From the IMG/VR virus record IMGVR_UViG_3300021387_000074: DNA of 64,000 bases; one strand, written 5' to 3'. This document shows, piece by piece, positions 27,484 to 36,847 of the stretch; the stretch's first letter is position 1, and each line of letters starts with the position of its first letter. A program made the translations under genes and the position numbers. Source of the DNA: a virus (lineage: Duplodnaviria > Heunggongvirae > Uroviricota > Caudoviricetes). The notes under the pieces were generated by a model. The model was given only the letters and a program-made list of their open reading frames with translations. It did not search any database and was not told the DNA's origin.

Positions 27484-28077
27484 TTAGTATTTATAATTTT
27501 CAAGTTCATCTTCATAACCTTTACAGAACGAAAGGTCATCCATCATTTCGTCGAAGTCATCATAAATTTCCTTTCTGATTTCTTCGCGAAGCTTTGTTGA
27601 AGAAACATCAAGATCGATATCGCTTACATAATCATAAGCAATATCTTCAGGGAAATTATCTTCAAAACCTGGTCTACGGAAAACAATAAGTTTTGCTCTC
27701 TTGAGAATTTCTTCCCAATCACACCAAGTTTTGAATTTCTGAAAACTGTCAGAACCCATAGCGACGTAGTATTCATAGTCATCGAGAGATGACATAAATT
27801 TACCACTTGAAACTTTTCGCAGAGTATCTACGAAACGCCAACTGTCTCCAACATCTCTTTCAATGTCGGATACTTCTACGTTCTTAAAGCCAGCACAAAG
27901 CTGCTTTACTCTCTCGAACCTTTCGTTGAAGGAGAACATCTGAGTATTCTTCTTGTAATAACGAATGGTTGTAGGAACTACAATTACTTTATCAAACTTC
28001 TCAGACAGACGTTTAATAATTTCGATATGACCCTCATGACAAGGGTCAAAGCTTCCGCCATAGATTGCAATTCTCAT
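27484..28077 (-). CDS. nadD: nicotinate/nicotinamide mononucleotide adenylyltransferase (NadD/NMNAT-like)
   Basis: 'IAIYGGSFDPCHEGHIEI' matches the GGxFxPxHxGH nucleotidyltransferase motif. Size is 197 aa. Confidence 0.7.
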   Translation of the reverse strand: MRIAIYGGSFDPCHEGHIEIIKRLSEKFDKVIVVPTTIRYYKKNTQMFSFNERFERVKQLCAGFKNVEVSDIERDVGDSWRFVDTLRKVSSGKFMSSLDDYEYYVAMGSDSFQKFKTWCDWEEILKRAKLIVFRRPGFEDNFPEDIAYDYVSDIDLDVSSTKLREEIRKEIYDDFDEMMDDLSFCKGYEDELENYKY

Positions 28078-28137
28078 AATTACCCCTTAATCTTCTTGAT
28101 AATACAATTATACTACCAAGAAGAAGATTTGTAAAGA

Positions 28138-28503
28138 TTAGTAATCGCAGTCAAATACTGCTTTAATCTTAGAACTGTGGCAAAGACAGAAAGCGCCGTT
28201 CTCACCATTAGAGATCATCTGACAATCGTAATCATCAATTACAACTTTGTCTCCAATCTTGAATGCTGGGTCTTTTACTTTGTCGCCAATACTCTTAACA
28301 ACAAAATATTTTACGATGAGCTTTCCGCTTTTATTTGGATTGTTTACATTCTGTCCAGTAGCCTTTACTCCTGGCATAATCAAACCACTAGCAGTTTTTT
28401 CTACTTTTGATTCTGCAGGGACAGCTTCGCAAACTACCCATTCACCCATTGCTGTAATGTCTTTAATTGTTTTATCACTCATTGTTTTTTCTCCAATGAG
28501 CAA
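28138..28503 (-). CDS. GroES/Hsp10-like co-chaperonin
   Basis: Mobile-loop-like 'EKTASGLIMPG' and 'FKIGDKVVIDDY' resemble the GroES 'KSAGGIVLTGS' and 'VKVGDIVIF' segments. Confidence 0.45.
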   Translation of the reverse strand: MLIGEKTMSDKTIKDITAMGEWVVCEAVPAESKVEKTASGLIMPGVKATGQNVNNPNKSGKLIVKYFVVKSIGDKVKDPAFKIGDKVVIDDYDCQMISNGENGAFCLCHSSKIKAVFDCDY

Positions 28504-28520
28504 ATTATAACAATAGTATT

Positions 28521-28973
28521 TTAAATGTCAAGTGCTTCAAAGCCATTCTTTACTTCGCTTAAGTTACAGAACGCATTATCGAAGTCTTTTGAAACTGAAT
28601 CAACGATAAGCTGATAATCTGCATTTTCAATAGCGTTATTAAGAGAGTCCTGAACTGTTTCGAATTCGTCTACCACTTCCTTGAGATGTGTTACCATCTT
28701 ATCGACTTTACGAAGTTTGCTATTTGCATCTCCTAAATCGCTTTCGAGATCATCATAATCATTGCAACGACAATAATCATAAGGACAAGAGTTGCAGTCG
28801 ATTTCATCCTGGAGATTACAGTTTTCTACTTTGAGCTCTTTAATCTCTTCTTCAGGAGCAATTTTTGAAGTATTCCAACACTCTTCAAAGAGAGCCTTAT
28901 ATTCGTCGGGAATTTTCTTTTCTGACCTTGCGTTATGAATAGCAAACCACTGTTCAAATGTTGATGGAGCCAT
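28521..28973 (-). CDS. hypothetical protein (Cys-containing, acidic)
   Basis: 150-aa ORF. Confidence 0.45.
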   Translation of the reverse strand: MAPSTFEQWFAIHNARSEKKIPDEYKALFEECWNTSKIAPEEEIKELKVENCNLQDEIDCNSCPYDYCRCNDYDDLESDLGDANSKLRKVDKMVTHLKEVVDEFETVQDSLNNAIENADYQLIVDSVSKDFDNAFCNLSEVKNGFEALDI

Positions 28974-29275
28974 TAGAGCACCTCCCTAAAATCTTTTATA
29001 TACCGATTTTCTGCGGCGTAAATTTCTGTTTTAATTTTTATAGGTTCTTCTTCATTAGGAAACGCAAGAGCTTTTTTTTCTTCTTCACCTAAAATCTTAA
29101 AAACTAAAACCCAAACATTTTTAAATCTTGGGTCTTTAACTACCGCAACTTCAGTAATATGATTTGTATTAAAGCCAACCATGTTTACTTCATTCAGGTC
29201 AAAAGTTTCTGTTTCTTCTTCAAATGAATAAGAAGGTATATCAATAAACATAATTACCCCTGCAAATAATCCCAA
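28973..29275 (-). CDS. hypothetical protein
   Basis: 100-aa ORF. Confidence 0.4.
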   Translation of the reverse strand: MGLFAGVIMFIDIPSYSFEEETETFDLNEVNMVGFNTNHITEVAVVKDPRFKNVWVLVFKILGEEEKKALAFPNEEEPIKIKTEIYAAENRYIKDFREVL

Positions 29276-29490
29276 ATACTCTGACCAAGTTTGTCTTCGT
29301 CGGGAATTTCAATTTTGTCGGAATCAAAATGTTCAATAAGATGCCAAATAGCACTTACTGCGTCATTAAGATCTTCATAATCATTTTTTATTTTTTCAAT
29401 TTCTTTATCAAACTCTCCACGAGTTTCAGAATTGATAAATTCAACTTTAAGGAATTCGCTTTCCCAGCCCCAATCAGAATTACTTGCCAT
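29254..29490 (-). CDS. hypothetical protein
   Basis: 78-aa ORF. Confidence 0.4.
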   Translation of the reverse strand: MASNSDWGWESEFLKVEFINSETRGEFDKEIEKIKNDYEDLNDAVSAIWHLIEHFDSDKIEIPDEDKLGQSIWDYLQG

Positions 29491-29575
29491 TCTGAACCTC
29501 CATAAAAACTAAAATAGCATAAGATTTTCCATCTTACGCTATAATTATATCACGAGGACAAAATTTTGTAAATTA

Positions 29576-30367
29576 TTACAACCCGAAATTTATTTTCTTA
29601 AAATAATTTGGAAGCTCTGGGTCAAAATAAGGGATCTGAATAATTCTTATTTTATAAATTTGTTGATCATGAAGTTTTTTGATTTTATCAAAATGTTCAC
29701 CCTTAACTTCTGCACGAATAAACTCGTTTACTTCGTGATAAGTAAAGCCGAGTTTGTCTTCGTCAGAACTTCCACACATTCCATCAGAAGGTGTCTTATG
29801 GACAAGTTCTTTTGGCAACTCAAGATAATCACCAATAGCAATAACTTCTTCAGTTGTGAGTTTGCTGATTGGAGCAAAGTCGCCAGCAGAATCACCATAG
29901 AATGTAGAGAAGCCTACCATATCTTCAGAAAGATTACAAGTGTTTGCTACGCGGCAGTTGCCGATTGTTGCGGCTACACCATAGAGTGTGACCATTCTTA
30001 AACGAGCTGGGGTATTTGTCTTGTATTGATAAGTAGGGAACTCTTTTCCGTTCTCAGAAACAACGCGCATCTGTTCTGTGAGTCCTGAGTAAGCATTGCA
30101 AATGTTAATGCAATAACTCTTAATTCCAAGATGTTTAATAACAGCATCAGAGTCAGCAATATCTGACTGAACACCGTTAGGCATCTGAACACCGATAACA
30201 CGATCTTTGCCAAGTGCTTCAACGCAGAGTGCGGCTACAACAGATGAATCCTTTCCACCTGAAATACCAATTACCGCTTTTGTATTTTCATCACCGTTCA
30301 AAGAGAACCAGTTACGAATCCAATCAATACAATTCTGTGTGTGTTTAACAACATTAAAACCGCTCAT
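29576..30367 (-). CDS. nadE: NH3-dependent NAD+ synthetase
   Basis: PP-loop 'GISGGKDSS'. 'ARLRMVTLY'. 'GFSTFYGDSAGDFAPISKLTTEEV...HKTPSDGM', typical of NadE. Confidence 0.85.
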   Translation of the reverse strand: MSGFNVVKHTQNCIDWIRNWFSLNGDENTKAVIGISGGKDSSVVAALCVEALGKDRVIGVQMPNGVQSDIADSDAVIKHLGIKSYCINICNAYSGLTEQMRVVSENGKEFPTYQYKTNTPARLRMVTLYGVAATIGNCRVANTCNLSEDMVGFSTFYGDSAGDFAPISKLTTEEVIAIGDYLELPKELVHKTPSDGMCGSSDEDKLGFTYHEVNEFIRAEVKGEHFDKIKKLHDQQIYKIRIIQIPYFDPELPNYFKKINFGL

Positions 30368-30606
30368 TATATTTCCTCCAACTCAAAGTTATAAAGTGAT
30401 TTTCTGATATTACCAACATACCCGCTAAATTCAAATTTGTGTCCATCATCTTCATAAGAGATGTTAAGACCGTTCCAAGGATGCATTTGAATTGTGAGTA
30501 TATCTCCTTCGTTAAGTCTTTCAAAGTTTCCCGAAATCTTTGCTTTCTTTCGTTCAACTACTCTGTACTTCTTTATGAAATTGTCTAAAACCTCATCTCC
30601 ACTCAT
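30367..30606 (-). CDS. hypothetical protein
   Basis: 79-aa ORF. Confidence 0.4.
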   Translation of the reverse strand: MSGDEVLDNFIKKYRVVERKKAKISGNFERLNEGDILTIQMHPWNGLNISYEDDGHKFEFSGYVGNIRKSLYNFELEEI

Positions 30607-31193
30607 TAAATACCTCCGAGGTTTAATAATTTACTTTTGTATTCTGCCCAAGCATGCTTCATCATAATAGAAGTGTCGGAAGAACTCATTATGTTTTCAA
30701 CCTGAGAGTCTGAACGATAGCGTACTTCAATAAATTCATTTTCATCGAGTTTCTGCTGCTGCCTACAAGAGCCTTCTACTTCTATATAATAACAAGTCAT
30801 TTTATTATCCATAAAAGCAGGGTTAGGATTTGATTCATAAAGTTTTCTTATTTGAAGGATTTTATTTTTATCCAGCCCAATCTCTTCTTCGCATTCGCGA
30901 AGAATAGCATCAAGTGGGCTTTCACCTTCTTCAACCATTCCGCAAGGAAATTCTTCCATTACTTTATCTACACCGTGGCGATACTGAGCAGTCATTACAA
31001 ACCTTTCGTTGTAATCTGCGCAAGTTCTTGTAACAATTGCAGATACCCAGTTTGGTGCTTTTATTTTTACATAAGTACCATTCTTTCCATTTGGTGCTTT
31101 TTTATTTTCATTCACAACATCAAAGATTGGTGTGTGCAGCATTGTCTGAGGATCGTTCCAAGATTCAAATTTTAATTTACTATCGTCTGCCAT
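30606..31193 (-). CDS. Nudix hydrolase (candidate ADP-ribose/NAD-related pyrophosphatase)
   Basis: Nudix box 'GMVEEGESPLDAILRECEEEIGL' (GX5EX7REUXEEXGU). Confidence 0.75.
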   Translation of the reverse strand: MADDSKLKFESWNDPQTMLHTPIFDVVNENKKAPNGKNGTYVKIKAPNWVSAIVTRTCADYNERFVMTAQYRHGVDKVMEEFPCGMVEEGESPLDAILRECEEEIGLDKNKILQIRKLYESNPNPAFMDNKMTCYYIEVEGSCRQQQKLDENEFIEVRYRSDSQVENIMSSSDTSIMMKHAWAEYKSKLLNLGGI

Positions 31194-31201
31194 ATTTTCT
31201 C

Positions 31202-31621
31202 CTAAAAATGATCTACATATTGCGGATTTATTTCTCCAAGTCTTTTGTTTATTTCTTTTATAAATTTATCAATAAATTCTTCATCTTCATTTTCGTTTTT
31301 AATGCTAAATGCATAAGGGTTCTCGTCGTTGATAAACCAAACATGGACTTTTATTCTGTCATTTTCTGTTGCGTAGTCGACTTTCACTATTGTTTCTATG
31401 TTTATATAAATTTTAGTGTGATCACCACTTAATCCAAGAAATTGCTTAGTATTCTCATTCTCAAATAAAGCTATAAGTTCATCTCTTGAGATAAAATCAA
31501 AATCGACATAACTTAATTCTTTACTACCTATTGTGGTATAATCGAATTCTTTTTCTTCTATACTTATATAAGCAACATTTTTAATATTTAAGTAAGTGTC
31601 TTCTTTAATTTTTACTAGCAT
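31202..31621 (-). CDS. hypothetical protein
   Basis: 139-aa ORF. Confidence 0.45.
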   Translation of the reverse strand: MLVKIKEDTYLNIKNVAYISIEEKEFDYTTIGSKELSYVDFDFISRDELIALFENENTKQFLGLSGDHTKIYINIETIVKVDYATENDRIKVHVWFINDENPYAFSIKNENEDEEFIDKFIKEINKRLGEINPQYVDHF

Positions 31622-31637
31622 TTCTTACCCCACGCAA

Positions 31638-31695
31638 AAATTATACCATAAAAGCGAAAAAAAGTAAAGCCCACCAAATAGGTGGGCTGTTAAAG
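31638..31695 (-). terminator. conserved terminator-promoter cassette (copy 2)
   Basis: + strand reads 'aaaaattataccataaaagcgaaaaaaagtaaagcccaccaaataggtgggct'. Confidence 0.6.
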
Positions 31696-31706
31696 CAGCT
31701 GCTTAA

Positions 31707-32867
31707 TTAAACAGTTGCTCCATATTTTCTTGCAAATTTAGCACTGTCTCTACTCTTGATTTCAGCACCAATGATTTCCATATCTTCTTCATGGAGGTCG
31801 TCATCAAAGTTTTGTTCTTCTGCAGTTATTTCATCTGCGGTAAGATTATTTGTAAGATAGCTGCTGATTTCAGCATCTTCGTCAATACTGTATCTGAAGT
31901 GCTCAGGTACACCGAGATTCATCAAACGTTCTCTTTCTTCTGACTTCTTACACTTGAGAGAAGCCCATCTACCATCAATCATACAATCTCGCTGACAACA
32001 ATCGTGATAAACGATAGTTTCACTATTCTTAAACTTGATGAAGATGCTTACATTAAAGTTTTCTTCTTCTTCGGCTTCAACATTGAAGTAAGTGATTGCT
32101 TCACTTGGAGTCATATCTGGGAAGTTGTTAAGTTCTTCAACGAATGAAGAAAGAATATCCATAGATACGAACTTCTTACTACCAAGAGTTTTTACAATAT
32201 CTTCTGTGAGTTCTTTTCTTACGAGATTATCAGCGCAGTATGCTCTTACAACATTTGCATTTTCTGAAGTAAATTTGTAGTGATAGCGAATACGTCCTGG
32301 TCTTGATTTCAAGTTTTCATCAAGCTTCCAAACGTTATTTACTGTGAGCAAGAACAAGTTGCCAGCGCAGCCGCTGTTTCCATCCAATACAGAGAGAAGT
32401 GTTTCCTGCTTTGTCTGGTCATCTTCATTATCGCCACCATTGGCATTACCGCCCATAAACTTTTCAAATTCATCCATAAAGATGACACAATCTTTTATGT
32501 TCATAAGGAAGTCAGGCAGTCCTGGCAAAAATTCAGAAACAACAACAATTGGCTTCTTTCCGTTAAGCTGCTCCATTACAAGACGAGCAGTAAGTGTCTT
32601 TCCAAGTCCTTTGTCACCTGACAAAAGAACACCAAGGTTTTTGTCGGCTTTGTTCTTGCCATAAGCTTCTACAATATGGCTTGCAACATTTTGAGAATTT
32701 CCATAAATCTTTCCGTGAGAAAGTTTTACTTCTGTTTCTTCCAAATAACAGCCGATGAATTTGTTAAAACAAACCTTCCAAGTTCCCATCGGGACTTCTT
32801 TTCCAAATGTCAAATCAGATTCTTCTGCGTCAAAGAATCTAACCATGTTTTCAGTTCTTAACCACAT
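31707..32867 (-). CDS. AAA-family ATPase of unknown function
   Basis: Walker A 'GDKGLGKT', Walker B 'VIFMDEFEKF'. Confidence 0.6.
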   Translation of the reverse strand: MWLRTENMVRFFDAEESDLTFGKEVPMGTWKVCFNKFIGCYLEETEVKLSHGKIYGNSQNVASHIVEAYGKNKADKNLGVLLSGDKGLGKTLTARLVMEQLNGKKPIVVVSEFLPGLPDFLMNIKDCVIFMDEFEKFMGGNANGGDNEDDQTKQETLLSVLDGNSGCAGNLFLLTVNNVWKLDENLKSRPGRIRYHYKFTSENANVVRAYCADNLVRKELTEDIVKTLGSKKFVSMDILSSFVEELNNFPDMTPSEAITYFNVEAEEEENFNVSIFIKFKNSETIVYHDCCQRDCMIDGRWASLKCKKSEERERLMNLGVPEHFRYSIDEDAEISSYLTNNLTADEITAEEQNFDDDLHEEDMEIIGAEIKSRDSAKFARKYGATV

Positions 32868-32880
32868 ATCTTTTTACCTC

Positions 32881-32940
32881 ACTACAAAAATTATAACATG
32901 TTTCCATAAAAAAGTAAAGCCCACCAAATTGATGGGCTGT
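32881..32940 (-). terminator. conserved terminator-promoter cassette (copy 3)
   Basis: + strand reads 'aaaaattataacatgtttccataaaaaagtaaagcccaccaaattgatgggct'. Confidence 0.55.
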
Positions 32941-32943
32941 TGA

Positions 32944-33237
32944 TTATTTATTAAAACTTTCTACAAAGACGGGATGCGTTATAATCTGTTCAATTACTGC
33001 ATCTCTATCTTCCTTTTTTGGAAAATAATAAACCTCAAGGCTTGTATCATTACCGTCAAATCTTTCGATACCTAAGCAATAATACTCAGTGCGTTCATCC
33101 ATATAAAAGTTATTATCTTCATCTTCTTTGTAAGAAGACATTTTTACAATGCTTTTGATTGGAATATAATATTCCATATCTCCGAACTTATAACTGTTAT
33201 CTTCATCTTCCAAACAATTAGTTAATTTTATAAACAT
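32944..33237 (-). CDS. hypothetical protein
   Basis: 97-aa ORF. Confidence 0.4.
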   Translation of the reverse strand: MFIKLTNCLEDEDNSYKFGDMEYYIPIKSIVKMSSYKEDEDNNFYMDERTEYYCLGIERFDGNDTSLEVYYFPKKEDRDAVIEQIITHPVFVESFNK

Positions 33238-33238
33238 A

Positions 33239-34480
33239 TTATTTTCCTGACTGAATTCTCCAATTGAGAGTTCTGCGGAGGAAGTCTACAAACTGCTGGC
33301 TGCGGCTCATTGTCTTGCTTGCATCGTCTGAAAGTTTTGCAACATCCAAACCATTTACAAGAACAACTTTTGCTACAATGTTAAGCGGTTTGATTGTCTG
33401 TGGACCACTCCACCAAGTTCCAATACCAAAGGCTGGCTTAGCGCCGAGTTCTTTTGTATACTTACACAAATCACCCCAAAGTTTGAAGCTGTCGATAGAA
33501 TTACTAAACAACAGTGTCTTTGTATGTGGGTCAATCTTGAGAGATTTATAATGTTCTACCCAATTCTTTGCCCATTCAAATGGATCACCTGAGTCGTTTC
33601 TTACTCCACCAAACAAAGTAGCGTAAGTGAGTGTCATATCTCTGCGGCAGAGTTCATCACCGATTGTATCGGTAAGCCAAATGCCGTTCAAGATACCATA
33701 TTCCTTAATCCAAGCATCCATAGCAATCTTGTTAGAGTAAGCAGGGTTATACATAAGGTTACCCTGTCCAACAGATTCAATAAATTCGTGAGCACAAGTT
33801 CCAACTGGTGTGAGACCATACTTCATAGCAAGCAGAACATTTGATGTTCCAATAAAACCTGCAAATCTGCTCTGAGTCTTTTTGCATTCTGCAAAGCGAC
33901 TGATAAGCCAATCCTGTGCTTCAAAAGACAAGCGGCGACGAGCACCAAATTCTGACCAAACACCTGTGTCAAAATCACCATAAATAACTTCATGGATTTT
34001 CTTTTCATTTTCTTCCTTGAAACCTTTCAAGAGTTCATCATAATCGTAGTGATTACGATAATAAACTTCTGCACAAATTTCAAGAACTGGAATTTCGTAA
34101 TAACTTACATATTCCTGGACTCCGCCAAAAGAAATACTCAAGCCACTTTCTGCATCATTTGAGATTGTGAAATCTTCAAATACTGGATGCCAAAAACGCA
34201 AGAAGTTAATGTAATCATTGTGAATCCAAGGACACTTAGTTCTGAGATAATTAAGTTCCTCTTCTGTGAATCTTAAATTACAGTAAGACTTAATCTGTGC
34301 TGTAATTTCCAAAATATCTTCTTTGGTGTAAGGCTCGTGGTCTTTCTCGATACCAACATTTCGGGCGCGGAAATCCCAAGTTGCCTTCATGTTTCCAAAC
34401 TGATGATGATAACACTGACCCATACTGAACTTGTATAAGTCAGTATCTAACAAAGATTTTACAATCGGCTCATATTTCAT
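33239..34480 (-). CDS. pncB: nicotinate phosphoribosyltransferase
   Basis: 'SLLDTDLYKFSM', 'GARRRLSF', 'IGTSNV', 'GTCAHEF', 'RNDSGDP', 'AFGIGT', 'KPLNIVAKVVLVNGLDVAKLSD' all parallel the E. coli PncB blocks. Confidence 0.85.
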   Translation of the reverse strand: MKYEPIVKSLLDTDLYKFSMGQCYHHQFGNMKATWDFRARNVGIEKDHEPYTKEDILEITAQIKSYCNLRFTEEELNYLRTKCPWIHNDYINFLRFWHPVFEDFTISNDAESGLSISFGGVQEYVSYYEIPVLEICAEVYYRNHYDYDELLKGFKEENEKKIHEVIYGDFDTGVWSEFGARRRLSFEAQDWLISRFAECKKTQSRFAGFIGTSNVLLAMKYGLTPVGTCAHEFIESVGQGNLMYNPAYSNKIAMDAWIKEYGILNGIWLTDTIGDELCRRDMTLTYATLFGGVRNDSGDPFEWAKNWVEHYKSLKIDPHTKTLLFSNSIDSFKLWGDLCKYTKELGAKPAFGIGTWWSGPQTIKPLNIVAKVVLVNGLDVAKLSDDASKTMSRSQQFVDFLRRTLNWRIQSGK

Positions 34481-34539
34481 AAAAAAATACTCCTTTGTTT
34501 TGTTTTCTTAATTATAAACCAAAAACGATTTTTTGTAAA

Positions 34540-34860
34540 CTATTCCTCTTTAAAAGAATCAACGTAATGCGGAGCACGCTCTAACCAGCACGCAATAAAA
34601 CTCCAATTATTTGTATTTACAAGTTTGTAATTGCCATCATTACACACTCTTTCAATTACAGTTTCTTTTCCACAAAACTTAAGCATTGAATGCACAAAAG
34701 AATTATGTGCTGTAATTACATTACCAAATTCATCAGTGTCTTCACAACTTCCAACTATCTCTTCTTCTTCATTATCTACTTTTTCTATTTGATGACAAGG
34801 TAGTTTTTTAATTTCTTCAAATGGTTTTATAACCACTTCATCTCCAACTTTAAATTTCAT
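34540..34860 (-). CDS. member of tandem paralog family (MKFKVGDxV N-terminus)
   Basis: N-terminus 'MKFKVGDEVVIKPFEEIKK' is shared with five downstream ORFs. Confidence 0.5.
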   Translation of the reverse strand: MKFKVGDEVVIKPFEEIKKLPCHQIEKVDNEEEEIVGSCEDTDEFGNVITAHNSFVHSMLKFCGKETVIERVCNDGNYKLVNTNNWSFIACWLERAPHYVDSFKEE

Positions 34861-34913
34861 AAAATCCCTACTTGTTACTTAGTATTATGCATAGTGGACA
34901 TCTGTGTCGTGAC

Positions 34914-35504
34914 TCACGACAAATTTGTCCACTCGGTGCGTTCTTTATTTATACATATATCTCGAATCTGCTCTACAAGAGCATTCCACATTTGAGATTT
35001 ATAACTTTCATCTGTGAACTTTGTTAAAGTATTAAATGAATGATTGAACATAGAGCAATCCATATCAAATTTGTCTAAATCTTTGTAAGTAAAATTATAG
35101 TCGTGTGTGGCTACGTCTACTAAACGAGCATATACAAATTTATAAGGGAAATGTCTAGTATGGATACAGATAGGACTTACTGTATCATTCTTAAAATTAA
35201 ATGGAACTTTCCAACAATAATTAGCGGCATAAATTATATTTTCTTTTTTGAAAAGATCGAGAATGTTTATTAAGTCTTTTGGGTCAGGCGGATCTTTCCT
35301 ATATTCCTCGGCAAACTTATGATATTCAGCGAGCAAATCGTTATAGTCTCTTACAAAGTTAGAAGAATCCTTATTCCAAACTTCACGATTGAATAAATAT
35401 GTTCTTGAACCATAATTCAAATCAAGATCATTTGCCATAAATAAATCATAATCAGTCGCAATCGTTTCAAACTGATTAAGTTTGTCTTGAGGATAATAAA
35501 TCAT
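34914..35504 (-). CDS. hypothetical protein
   Basis: 196-aa ORF. Confidence 0.45.
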   Translation of the reverse strand: MIYYPQDKLNQFETIATDYDLFMANDLDLNYGSRTYLFNREVWNKDSSNFVRDYNDLLAEYHKFAEEYRKDPPDPKDLINILDLFKKENIIYAANYCWKVPFNFKNDTVSPICIHTRHFPYKFVYARLVDVATHDYNFTYKDLDKFDMDCSMFNHSFNTLTKFTDESYKSQMWNALVEQIRDICINKERTEWTNLS

Positions 35505-35537
35505 AAAAGCCCCCGTGTAATAGGTTCACCACCGCAA

Positions 35538-35771
35538 TTAAGCAGACGTTATAAATATAAGTAAAAGTTTAATAAGGCTAAAAGCCGTGCCAAATCCTAA
35601 AATGGCAGTTGTCCAAAACTTTGCCATAAAGCGTAAGAAATCATTACTGATTTTATCATCCAAGATAGATAACCAGGAATCACATTTTTCATAATTATGG
35701 TAAAGATAGCCAAGCACCGATACAAAACAAAGCAATAAAAATAAATACAACATCCACATTATTTCCAACAA
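35538..35771 (-). CDS. small membrane protein
   Basis: Two hydrophobic helices. Confidence 0.35.
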   Translation of the reverse strand: MLEIMWMLYLFLLLCFVSVLGYLYHNYEKCDSWLSILDDKISNDFLRFMAKFWTTAILGFGTAFSLIKLLLIFITSA

Positions 35772-36019
35772 CTCCTAATTACTTCTACCAAAACTACAAG
35801 TAGTTTCCAACACAGCCAAAGGCATCCAGCGTATAAAGGAATTTCCCACCAGTGCATAAGCCCTCCTATGCCATTTGAATGACTGTAATTTTATAATCTT
35901 TTGGAAGATTACCATTAGCTGCAGAAGTTGACCTTAAATACATCATAAATGCTTCATTTGTATTATGGGCGTTTATGATTGTCGATGGAGATTCCTTTCC
36001 ATCTATTCTACAACTTACT

Positions 36020-36457
36020 TTATAAACGTTCAGCTTTTCCATTTTCATAACCTCTATTATAAACTTCTCTAAACATTTCTTCAAGTCTAGGGAGAAGTTC
36101 ATTAAATATTTCACCGACTGTATCGGGCTTGCCACTGAAGTCTGCAACATAACCTTTTTCCTCAGCATTCTCAACTTTCTCAAGCCAACTTTCAATGAAT
36201 TGGTAGTTGCTTATCGCACTTACCCCTCCTAAATAATAATGTCCTTTGTTTTCGTCATAATCTTCTATTACGCATTCTTCACCGCAAAATTCAAACATTT
36301 CTGTGATAAAATATATACCATCAGTTATATCTCTACAAAATTCTGGATCATAATATGTATATTTAGTAAGATAATCACCATCACAGTCCCTGGTAGAAAT
36401 AGCTGCAATTTCTTTAAGAGATTTGATACGAACTTTATCGCCAACCTTGAATTTCAT
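36020..36457 (-). CDS. paralog family member (MKFKVGDKVRIKSLKEI ... SDFSG)
   Basis: Shares N-terminal and C-terminal blocks with 36828..37232, 37582..38151 and 38968..39414. Confidence 0.55.
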   Translation of the reverse strand: MKFKVGDKVRIKSLKEIAAISTRDCDGDYLTKYTYYDPEFCRDITDGIYFITEMFEFCGEECVIEDYDENKGHYYLGGVSAISNYQFIESWLEKVENAEEKGYVADFSGKPDTVGEIFNELLPRLEEMFREVYNRGYENGKAERL

Positions 36458-36847
36458 TTAAGCCTCTGTCATAAAACCGTAATCTACGTTATAAATATCT
36501 GCTTCAAGTTTTGTAAGTTTCCATTCAGAAACTACACCAAATTTCATAAGAAGTTCAACGTGATCTTTAAGCATAGAAGAACAGCCTTTTCCAAACTCCT
36601 TGAGTTCATCAAAATGAACTTCAATAAATCCTTTACCGAAGAAGTTTGAAACTGCATTGTTATACACAGCAACTTCATCTGCGTTATCATATTCGCCCAT
36701 CATAAAGCAATCACAAAGACGAGCGGCATTTTCAATCAAAGCTTTATAACTATCGGCGTATCTGTCAGGAAATTCAAGTTTGTAAGTGCCATCATCGCAA
36801 GTTCCGACTTCATCATCTTCAAAATAACTACGAATTATTTTTTCCAT
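36458..36847 (-). CDS. hypothetical protein
   Basis: 129-aa ORF interposed in the paralog array. Confidence 0.45.
   Translation of the reverse strand: MEKIIRSYFEDDEVGTCDDGTYKLEFPDRYADSYKALIENAARLCDCFMMGEYDNADEVAVYNNAVSNFFGKGFIEVHFDELKEFGKGCSSMLKDHVELLMKFGVVSEWKLTKLEADIYNVDYGFMTEA

Noticed and set aside
35866-36195. 109-aa ORF overlapping the 36020..36457 paralog by 176 nt
   Set aside because: Only the 3' third (from the internal start MKMEKL at 36042) is compatible with the neighbouring gene. The extended 5' part is an out-of-frame overlap and probably spurious.
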